In this document: positions 1 through 6,186 of the stretch, piece by piece
Layout: every line of letters starts with the position of its first letter
Position numbering within the stretch: the stretch's first letter is position 1
Virus record (IMG/VR): IMGVR_UViG_3300025646_000012
Location: 1 to 64,000 of that record
Source of the DNA: a virus
Length of the DNA: 64,000 nt
Direction: 5' to 3' (one strand)
Program-made: the position numbers and the translations under genes
The notes under the pieces: generated by a model
The model's database searches: none
Seen by the model: only the letters and a program-made list of their open reading frames with translations
What the model was told of the DNA's origin: nothing

Positions 1-5
1 TAACT

Positions 6-81
6 TGGTGGAGAATAGCGGGATCGAACCGCTGACCTACTGCTTGCAAAACAGTCGCTCTCCCAACTGAGCTAATTCCCC
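6..81 (-). tRNA. tRNA-Ala(TGC)
   Basis: Reverse complement GGGGAATTAGCTCAGTTGGGAGAGC...; anticodon arm ACTGT-TTTGCAA-GCAGT; GGTTCGATCC T-loop; encoded CCA. Confidence 0.95.
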
Positions 82-85
82 AAAA

Positions 86-175
86 TGGCGGTGAGGGTGG
101 GATTCGAACCCACGGTAGACTTCCGCCTACGCTGGTTTTCAAGACCAGATCCTTAAACCACTCGGACACCTCACC
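86..175 (-). tRNA. tRNA-Ser(TGA)
   Basis: Cloverleaf with long variable arm; CTGGT-CTTGAAA-ACCAG; G73, CCA. Confidence 0.95.
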
Positions 176-177
176 AT

Positions 178-251
178 TGGTTGCGCAGGGAGGAATTGCA
201 CCTCCGTCTCCAGTTTATGAGACTGGTGAGTTACTTTTACTCTACCGCGCG
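178..251 (-). tRNA. tRNA-Met(CAT), initiator-like acceptor stem
   Basis: C1xA72 mismatch, G2-C71, C3-G70, A11-U24; anticodon arm CCAGT-CTCATAA-ACTGG; T-loop TGCAATT; CCA. Confidence 0.85.
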
Positions 252-258
252 TCAGTAT

Positions 259-335
259 TGGCGTTCCCGGAAGGACTCGAACCCTCAACCTACTGATTAG
301 AAGTCAGTTGCTCTATCCTGTTGAGCTACGGAAAC
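259..335 (-). tRNA. tRNA-Arg(TCT)
   Basis: ACTGA-CTTCTAA-TCAGT anticodon arm; CCA. Confidence 0.95.
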
Positions 336-337
336 AT

Positions 338-413
338 TGGCTCCCCAGGATGGATTCGAACCACCGACACACTGATTAACAGTCAGTTGCAACTACCGCT
401 GTGCTACTGGGGA
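338..413 (-). tRNA. tRNA-Asn(GTT)
   Basis: TCCCCAG/CTGGGGA acceptor; ACTGA-CTGTTAA-TCAGT; G73, CCA. Confidence 0.93.
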
Positions 414-414
414 A

Positions 415-431
415 TAAATTGTCAAAGAGCA
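415..431 (-). promoter_or_regulatory. rrn-type boxA antitermination site upstream of tRNA array A
   Basis: TGCTCTTTGACAATTTA, one mismatch from the E. coli rrn boxA region TGCTCTTTAACAATTTA; identical copy at 3255-3271. Confidence 0.8.
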
Positions 432-487
432 TGAGCCTTTTAACGTCTTGCTCAGGACCGCTTCGTTCACATCGTAAATTATATATA

Positions 488-601
488 TCAGTCTTTGGAG
501 AATTCTTTCACACGGCGCCGGAATTCATTGAACTCACTGAGCAAGTAACCAGCACCAAATGAAATAAAGATGATAGCTGCAAGAGCGATGTACATTTCCA
601 T
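488..601 (-). CDS. small single-pass membrane protein, 37 aa (not in ORF track)
   Basis: MEMYIALAAIIFISFGAGYLLSEFNEFRRRVKEFSKD*; AAGGA RBS; directly downstream of ORF 613..996. Confidence 0.65.
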   Translation of the reverse strand: MEMYIALAAIIFISFGAGYLLSEFNEFRRRVKEFSKD

Positions 602-612
602 GATATATTTCC

Positions 613-996
613 TTATGCTGCGTGCTTCAGTTCAAATTCAAGATCAGCAAACCGAGGATCGGTATCATTACAAGCGTAGTACCAACCAAAACCATCAAAG
701 AGATAGAGATAGTGAGCACCACAGTAATCGTAACCATTCTTCATGAAGTCCTCAACGGATTCGTAAGGGACCGTAGGTTCATTTACATGAACCGAATCTG
801 CAATCGATGTATCCAGATCATCCTGGAGAGAGGAAAGATAACCAACCGTAGCAACTGCTTTTGCCAATTCAGGAGTATTGTAGAGATTTACAAGAGTACG
901 ACCAACACCTTCAACATAACCATCATAATGAACATATGACGCCTCAACCGAACCATCTTCGTGGTTGTAGAAGCCGATCATTGCATGAGTACCCAT
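613..996 (-). CDS. conserved phage hypothetical protein (Y-x-H-Y-D-G-Y motif), early
   Basis: 127 aa ORF with AAAGGA RBS and an upstream early promoter; MGT..IG...YVHYDGY..GVG pattern recalled from phage hypotheticals. Confidence 0.75.
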   Translation of the reverse strand: MGTHAMIGFYNHEDGSVEASYVHYDGYVEGVGRTLVNLYNTPELAKAVATVGYLSSLQDDLDTSIADSVHVNEPTVPYESVEDFMKNGYDYCGAHYLYLFDGFGWYYACNDTDPRFADLEFELKHAA

Positions 997-1031
997 AGTG
1001 TAGTTTCCTTTGTTTCAAACCTTATATTAGT

Positions 1032-1060
1032 AATATAAACCATTCTACACAAATGTAAAC
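1032..1060 (-). promoter_or_regulatory. T4-type early promoter
   Basis: GTTTAC-N17-TATATT; same architecture at 2141-2169 and 54133-54161. Confidence 0.8.
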
Positions 1061-1108
1061 CCCCCATTTGCATTTTTTTTAAAAATAGTTTTGAGGGATT
1101 TCAATCAC

Positions 1109-1609
1109 TTATACTTTTTCTGCAAAATTTGTTTGATCACCACGACCGTTGACGATGCCATCCGCACCAAAGCTTGCAGCCCAACTCTCTGGTTTCAACT
1201 TTGGTTGGATACCAGTCACACCAAGGACATACCCTGCTGCTTCACTTGCTGCACAGTTTGAACCGTGCTTAGGATCAGTGTTGATATCAAGGTGGATCTC
1301 AATATCAAATTCATCAATGAATGGAGCCAGTTGTGTGTAGAGTTCTACAACCTTCTGAACTTCTTTCATCATACGAACCTTAGGTCGATTCGGCTTCAGA
1401 TCAAAGTCTCTCTCACGTGATACACTTGAAAAGATTCTGCAACCATTCTTGCCGTTCTTGTGTACGATAGCAACAGCGGCAAATCTTGCCATTTGATTGT
1501 TATTGCGATCAATATAACGAACTGAGTCACAACCGAGATAGATCTTTGTTTCTGCATTACATTGAATCAGAAGATCTACCATATCTGTGATTTGGTCTTC
1601 GGTAAGCAT
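1109..1609 (-). CDS. RNase H-like YkuK (DUF458) family protein
   Basis: IYLGCDS, IEIHLDIN and KPESWAASFGAD motifs. Confidence 0.75.
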   Translation of the reverse strand: MLTEDQITDMVDLLIQCNAETKIYLGCDSVRYIDRNNNQMARFAAVAIVHKNGKNGCRIFSSVSRERDFDLKPNRPKVRMMKEVQKVVELYTQLAPFIDEFDIEIHLDINTDPKHGSNCAASEAAGYVLGVTGIQPKLKPESWAASFGADGIVNGRGDQTNFAEKV

Positions 1610-1621
1610 GGTATTTCCTTT

Positions 1622-2110
1622 TTATTTTTTCTGGGTACTGAGATAAAGATCCTCACCTTCTATTTCAGCTCGTTCAGTCCACTTGGTTTCAATTGCACCT
1701 ATTTGAGGTGCATAAATTTCAATAATTTCACCTGTAACATTATCAATGTAATTATTTTTTATTCTAGGTATTGAGTGGGCATAAATTTCAATTTTTACAT
1801 GCCCAAATGCAAAACGTTTATCAATTTCAATACGAATTTTTTTATTTGTTCGTTCATTAGGATTTGGATTACAATAGGTCCCTGCACGATTGTAAAAGCC
1901 GGTAGCTCCACCAGCCTTACCAATTTTTACAAGTTCATCATAAATATACATGCCATAGACAACATCACCCATGGCAATAAGTTCTTTGCGTGTTAAATTG
2001 GTATTGAACTTCATGCGCATCATCTTCTCTCCAGAAGAATCAATGCCTTCTACAAATGTAAAGTAACCTAAGTAAACACCTTTTACCTTGATATTTTCGG
2101 CAAGTGACAT
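1622..2110 (-). CDS. GIY-YIG family nuclease, T4 endonuclease II (DenA)-like
   Basis: VYGMYIYDELVKIGKA...R...KIEIYA...IE resembles T4 EndoII IYAIAINDELVYIGKT...KVEFYA...LE. Confidence 0.6.
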   Translation of the reverse strand: MSLAENIKVKGVYLGYFTFVEGIDSSGEKMMRMKFNTNLTRKELIAMGDVVYGMYIYDELVKIGKAGGATGFYNRAGTYCNPNPNERTNKKIRIEIDKRFAFGHVKIEIYAHSIPRIKNNYIDNVTGEIIEIYAPQIGAIETKWTERAEIEGEDLYLSTQKK

Positions 2111-2140
2111 TGGGTCGGCCCTTTTTCATTTCATAGTAGT

Positions 2141-2169
2141 AATATAATCACTTCTACGAGAATGTAAAC
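2141..2169 (-). promoter_or_regulatory. T4-type early promoter
   Basis: GTTTAC-N17-TATATT upstream of ORF 1622..2110. Confidence 0.8.
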
Positions 2170-2198
2170 CCCTAAAATGCAAATAAATGCAAAAATTT

Positions 2199-2274
2199 TG
2201 GTACTGAGTTCAGGATTCGAGCCTGACCTTCCAGATCCACAATCTGGTGTGCTGACCGCTAACACTAACTCAGC
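2199..2274 (-). tRNA. tRNA-His(GTG), alphaproteobacterial type (no G-1)
   Basis: CCAGA-TTGTGGA-TCTGG; G1-U72, A73; base at -1 is T. Confidence 0.92.
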
Positions 2275-2275
2275 A

Positions 2276-2363
2276 TGGCGGAACGACTGGGAGTCGAACC
2301 CAGTGAACCTCGAAAGGTTCTACAGATTAGCAATCTGCTGCATTACCATCCTGCCCTCGTTCC
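2276..2363 (-). tRNA. tRNA-Ser(GCT)
   Basis: GCAGA-TTGCTAA-TCTGT; long variable arm with TTCG loop; CCA. Confidence 0.93.
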
Positions 2364-2367
2364 ATTT

Positions 2368-2443
2368 TGGTGCCTAGAGAGGGAATTGAACCCCCGACAC
2401 CATGCTCTTCAGGCACGTGCTCTACCAACTGAGCTATCTAGGC
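2368..2443 (-). tRNA. tRNA-Phe(GAA)
   Basis: CGTGC-CTGAAGA-GCATG; CCA. Confidence 0.93.
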
Positions 2444-2448
2444 GTTAT

Positions 2449-2525
2449 TGGAGCTCCCGGAAGGACTCAAACCCTCAACCTTCTGGTTCGTAGCCAGGTG
2501 CTCTATTCAGTTGAGCTACGGAAGC
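2449..2525 (-). tRNA. tRNA-Arg(ACG)
   Basis: CCTGG-CTACGAA-CCAGA; CCA. Confidence 0.92.
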
Positions 2526-2530
2526 AAACT

Positions 2531-2607
2531 TGGTAGACCCTGCGGGTGTCGATCCCGCTTCTTCACCTTGAAAGGGTGAGATCCTAGCCAGCGTAGACGA
2601 AGGGTCC
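2531..2607 (-). tRNA. tRNA-Glu(TTC)
   Basis: TCACC-CTTTCAA-GGTGA; CCA. Confidence 0.92.
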
Positions 2608-2611
2608 GTAT

Positions 2612-2695
2612 TGGTGGGTGTCTTAGGAATCGAACCTAACATGCTTCTCAGCGACGGAGTTACAGTCCGCTGCCTCACCTTGAGGCGACACACCC
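2612..2695 (-). tRNA. tRNA-Tyr(GTA)
   Basis: GCGGA-CTGTAAC-TCCGT; variable arm; CCA. Confidence 0.92.
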
Positions 2696-2697
2696 AT

Positions 2698-2771
2698 TGG
2701 TTGTCCTAGGAAGAATCGAACTTCCATATGACGATTATCAGTCGCCCGCTCTACCGTTGAGCTATAGGACA
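2698..2771 (-). tRNA. tRNA-Ile(GAT)
   Basis: GGCGA-CTGATAA-TCGTC; CCA. Confidence 0.92.
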
Positions 2772-2777
2772 GTATTT

Positions 2778-2853
2778 TGGTGAACCGGGTGGGGATCGAA
2801 CCCACGTTGACACGGATTAAAAGTCCATCGCTACACCACTCAGCTACCGGTCC
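2778..2853 (-). tRNA. tRNA-Lys(TTT)
   Basis: ATGGA-CTTTTAA-TCCGT; CCA. Confidence 0.92.
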
Positions 2854-2859
2854 TTAAAT

Positions 2860-2936
2860 TGGAGTGCGTGACTGGACTCGAACCAGCATGAAACGGATTT
2901 GCAATCCGTGGCCTAACCATTCGGCTACACACGCAC
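2860..2936 (-). tRNA. tRNA-Cys(GCA)
   Basis: ACGGA-TTGCAAA-TCCGT; U73; CCA. Confidence 0.9.
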
Positions 2937-2941
2937 AATAT

Positions 2942-3016
2942 TGGCGAAGGTGGAGAGAATCGAACTCCCGACACGCGGTTTTGGAGACCGCTGCTCTACC
3001 ACTGAGCTACACCAAC
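2942..3016 (-). tRNA. tRNA-Trp(CCA)
   Basis: GCGGT-CTCCAAA-ACCGC; G73; two U.U mismatches in the acceptor stem. Confidence 0.88.
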
Positions 3017-3023
3017 GTATTCT

Positions 3024-3097
3024 TGGATGCCCGAATAGGGGTCGAACCTATATTCTCTGACTCAAAATCAGATGTCCTGCCATTAGACGATCGGGCA
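3024..3097 (-). tRNA. tRNA-Gln(TTG)
   Basis: TGCCCGA/TCGGGCA acceptor; TCTGA-TTTTGAG-TCAGA; CCA. Confidence 0.9.
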
Positions 3098-3098
3098 A

Positions 3099-3169
3099 TG
3101 GGGGTAACTGATTGAATTGAACAATCTCTACAGGCTTATGAGACCCGTGCCTAGACCACTAGAGTTACC
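3099..3169 (-). tRNA. non-canonical tRNA with CAT anticodon (71 nt, shortened D-arm, C73)
   Basis: Perfect GGTAACT/AGTTACC acceptor; CGGGT-CTCATAA-GCCTG; GATTG-TTCAATT-CAATC T-arm; CCA; D region only 15 nt. Confidence 0.7.
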
Positions 3170-3173
3170 ATTA

Positions 3174-3248
3174 TGGTGCCGGTGGAGAGATTTGAACTCC
3201 CGACCTTTGCTTTACAAGAGCACTGCACTACCACTGTGCTACACCGGC
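3174..3248 (-). tRNA. tRNA-Thr(TGT)
   Basis: GCCGGTG acceptor; GTGCT-CTTGTAA-AGCAA; CCA; first tRNA of array B. Confidence 0.93.
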
Positions 3249-3254
3249 GTTTTC

Positions 3255-3271
3255 TAAATTGTCAAAGAGCA
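3255..3271 (-). promoter_or_regulatory. rrn-type boxA upstream of tRNA array B
   Basis: TGCTCTTTGACAATTTA, identical to 415-431. Confidence 0.8.
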
Positions 3272-3308
3272 AGGAAGATTGATGTGATCGCTTCGTTCCA
3301 ATTTGTAT

Positions 3309-3338
3309 AGTATAACCAGTTCTTTTGTAAAAGTAAAC
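3309..3338 (-). promoter_or_regulatory. early-type promoter for tRNA array B
   Basis: GTTTAC-N18-TATACT. Confidence 0.65.
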
Positions 3339-3379
3339 AACTTTGTTTTGTTACTTTTCAATTACTTAGCATTTTTATC

Positions 3380-3416
3380 AAAAAAAACCCTCCGAACCGG
3401 TTGGTTGGAGGGTTTT
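3380..3416 (-). terminator. intrinsic terminator (attenuator hairpin 3:4)
   Basis: AAAACCCTCC-AACCAACCGGTTC-GGAGGGTTTTTTTT. Confidence 0.85.
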
Positions 3417-3440
3417 GGTACTCGTTAACTTACTAACCTG

Positions 3441-3548
3441 TTAACTTCCATACCCCTCCACGTGCTTAGTCCATTCTGAGCCCATAGTGAATCGGCCACA
3501 GAAGACTGTGTTCGTAATCTGGAGTGGATATGTGGTTATAGTAATCAT
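3441..3548 (-). CDS. putative attenuator leader peptide, 35 aa (not in ORF track)
   Basis: MITITTYPLQITNTVFCGRFTMGSEWTKHVEGYGS*; AGGA about 12 nt upstream; overlaps segments complementary to the terminator arm. Confidence 0.6.
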   Translation of the reverse strand: MITITTYPLQITNTVFCGRFTMGSEWTKHVEGYGS

Positions 3549-3614
3549 TGAAAGTAGTATTCCTGTTTTGTCAATATTATATATACATTAGATTTATTGT
3601 AAGTAAATAGTTTA

Positions 3615-4112
3615 ATGAAATATTTAGCAATTTTTGTTTTATTGGGTGGTTGTTTGCCCATTCTACAATTAGAGTCCACCCAATCAACATTTTCTATAGA
3701 TGTTGCCGATGAATTTGTGGGTATGGATGAAAGAAATCACAGAGAAGAACTTAAAGAATTTATGGGTATTGACCCAGTACGATATGAATGGTGCGCTGCA
3801 TTTGTAAATGCTGTGCTTAATATTCAAGGAATTCCTGGATCTGAGTCTGTAAGTGAATACCCACTCTTGGCAAGAAGTTTTTTAACCTGGGGTGAAGAAG
3901 TAACCGACGAACTGAAACCAGGTGATATTATTATTTTTCCACGTGGCAGAGAAGGTTGGCAAGGACACGTTGGTTTTTATGTTCGGACAAAATATATTGA
4001 TGATGTAAAATATTATTTAATACTTGGCGGAAACCAAGATAACAGTGTTACATATGAATTATTTCCAGCAAGGTTTATGATAGCTCAACGAAGATATGTA
4101 ACCGAGGAATAA
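3615..4112 (+). CDS. TIGR02594-family NlpC/P60-like cysteine peptidase with lipoprotein signal
   Basis: WCAAFVN, PGDIIIF, GHVGFY, LGGNQ motifs; N-terminal MK + hydrophobic stretch + LLGG-C lipobox. Confidence 0.8.
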   Translation: MKYLAIFVLLGGCLPILQLESTQSTFSIDVADEFVGMDERNHREELKEFMGIDPVRYEWCAAFVNAVLNIQGIPGSESVSEYPLLARSFLTWGEEVTDELKPGDIIIFPRGREGWQGHVGFYVRTKYIDDVKYYLILGGNQDNSVTYELFPARFMIAQRRYVTEE

Positions 4113-5999
4113 TTATCTAGCGTTTCCAGCACCACCTCCTCCACCACGTCTGACAATTAAATCATTTCCATCTACGGCACCATTACTTGGAAACTGGAAT
4201 GTTTCATATTGTTGTGCAAAATTATTTACAACCGTTTGATTCACACCTTGGGTATTAGCAGCTCTAGCTAATACAGCTTCAGTCTCAGATCTTACAAGCC
4301 GCAGATCTCTTTCAGCCGCTTCAAGTTGTTCTGCATAAAATCCTCCAGTGTCGCCTGTTGCTGCAATATTTTCATTAATTGAAGTGATGCGATCAGCTAA
4401 AGCTTGCATTGTTTCAAATTGAGTGGATAATATATTTTCTGCTTCCTCAGTTGATGAAAATGGAAGATAACCTGATAATCCTAGAAAATCAACAATTCTA
4501 CCAGGCCCGAGAGCTCTTGCAATGCTTGCTTTAATTTCGTCCATACTTGGAATTAAACCTATTAAAAATTCACCAAGTTGAGTTACATATCTGGTAATTT
4601 TTTGAGTAAATGTTTCACCTTCAGGGACAATATTCTCATCTCCAGTAAATGCTCTTTCAATCTCGGATAAGAGTACATTTATTGGATGGAAAACTATATT
4701 AGCTAATACTCTAAAAATTCCTCCGACATTTGATGCAATACCTCTTACTGATGTCCAATTTCCCCACCAAGTATTCCAAGCTTCTCTTGCTTTTGCCTGC
4801 CCTTCTTCGGTAGTATCTTTAGCACCAGTTAGATTTCTTACATGATCAATGGCACGACCAACAGCATCAAATGGTGCTTGAATTAATTCTTTGATCATTC
4901 TAACAAAATCTACATCTTCAACTGTAGCAAGTAATGATGTAAACCAGTTACCACCTTCCTCACCTCTTTTGAAAGTACCATCCTCATTTAACCAGTCTGC
5001 TGGGACAATTTGTTTGATAAGCCACAAAGGCATATCTTTTATTAAATTTGCAAATTCACCAAAGAATGAACCTAAGGTTCCAGAAACAAATCCACCAATA
5101 CCACCACCAATTAAACGATCAAATGTACCCTCTCTATCTTCCATTTCAGCCGCGGCATTTTCAACACCATCAAATAATGAAAATATAAAAGCAATAGGTT
5201 GAAGGAATCTAAAAATACCGCGTACAAGCCTACTATTTGCAAAACCACTAACCGCACCTCTTGCACCACCACCAAGTGCATTTGATATAGTTTTAGTTAC
5301 ACCAGTAAATGTGTTTAAAATTGCTGGTGGAACTCTTAATGCTTTAAAGAAATTACCAATTCTACCAAAAAGATTATTAAGTGAAATAAGAGTTTTTTGA
5401 TAAAAACTTACATCTCTTGCAGAAACAAATCGAGTATTGCCAAATCTAGCAAGTCTTTGAAATTGACCTGCAGCTGCATTAAATGAATATCTTCTTGCAA
5501 AGAAATTATCAATGGCTTTTATTTGATTTGAAAGATATGTTCCAATATTGCCAATACCTCTACCAATACGAAATTCTTTATTCAGATTGGATGCCAAAAT
5601 TCTTAATGGCATAAAAAATGTATTGGCAATTGATCTTACAAAAAAACGAAAATTAGCAAGTGATGGTCCAAGACCTTCTGTAGCAAGAACAAGTCCGGTA
5701 GCAAAAGAAGCAACGCCGCCGACAAATCTAATTACATAACTAATAGCATCGCCAAACATACCACTACCAAAACCCAAGTCTCTCTCTTCAGATCTTGCAA
5801 TGGAAGCTGATTTTCTTCTTTCTTTTTCAGAGTCTGCCTCTTTTTGTCTTAACGCCTGTAATTCCAAGTACTCAAGGAATCCTCGAAGCGTACCAGAAAG
5901 ATTCTCAACAGCTTTAGTGGTATCACCTTGCTCTCTGAGTTGTCTTTCATTATCCGAACGTAATCTAGCAATTACATCGTTAAGAGTTGCATCAGCCAT
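4113..5999 (-). CDS. baseplate hub / tape measure protein (gp29-like)
   Basis: 628 aa, helical and Gly/Ala/Phe-rich with hydrophobic segments; syntenic directly after gp26/gp51. Confidence 0.6.
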   Translation of the reverse strand: MADATLNDVIARLRSDNERQLREQGDTTKAVENLSGTLRGFLEYLELQALRQKEADSEKERRKSASIARSEERDLGFGSGMFGDAISYVIRFVGGVASFATGLVLATEGLGPSLANFRFFVRSIANTFFMPLRILASNLNKEFRIGRGIGNIGTYLSNQIKAIDNFFARRYSFNAAAGQFQRLARFGNTRFVSARDVSFYQKTLISLNNLFGRIGNFFKALRVPPAILNTFTGVTKTISNALGGGARGAVSGFANSRLVRGIFRFLQPIAFIFSLFDGVENAAAEMEDREGTFDRLIGGGIGGFVSGTLGSFFGEFANLIKDMPLWLIKQIVPADWLNEDGTFKRGEEGGNWFTSLLATVEDVDFVRMIKELIQAPFDAVGRAIDHVRNLTGAKDTTEEGQAKAREAWNTWWGNWTSVRGIASNVGGIFRVLANIVFHPINVLLSEIERAFTGDENIVPEGETFTQKITRYVTQLGEFLIGLIPSMDEIKASIARALGPGRIVDFLGLSGYLPFSSTEEAENILSTQFETMQALADRITSINENIAATGDTGGFYAEQLEAAERDLRLVRSETEAVLARAANTQGVNQTVVNNFAQQYETFQFPSNGAVDGNDLIVRRGGGGGAGNAR

Positions 6000-6186
6000 A
6001 TTTCATAGACCTTCGTTTTTCTTCTTCTTTTTGTTCTTTCAGATGATCAAGTAGCATGTTCAAATAAACTTCCCTTTCCCAAGGTATTAGCATTTCAATT
6101 TCAGTCAAAGAGTAATGATGATGCTGCATTAATGAAAAGTTTACAGTATAATGATTTGCTAAATTATCATGAGAAAGGCATATTAA
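5992..6186 (-). CDS. gp51: gp51-like baseplate assembly segment, probably reached by -1 frameshift from gp26 (internal ATG at 6129)
   Basis: Frame reads LICLSHDNLANHYTVNFSLMQHHHYSLTEIEMLIPWEREVYLNML...; YSLTEIE.LIPWERE.Y is the typical gp51 motif of T4-like phages; missing from ORF track. Confidence 0.8.
   Translation of the reverse strand, partial: LICLSHDNLANHYTVNFSLMQHHHYSLTEIEMLIPWEREVYLNMLLDHLKEQKEEEKRRSMKYG

Noticed and set aside
2177-3115. ORF-track entries overlapping the tRNA array (2177, 2275, 2475, 2623, 2864)
   Set aside because: They are chance reading frames through tRNA genes or their antisense strand.
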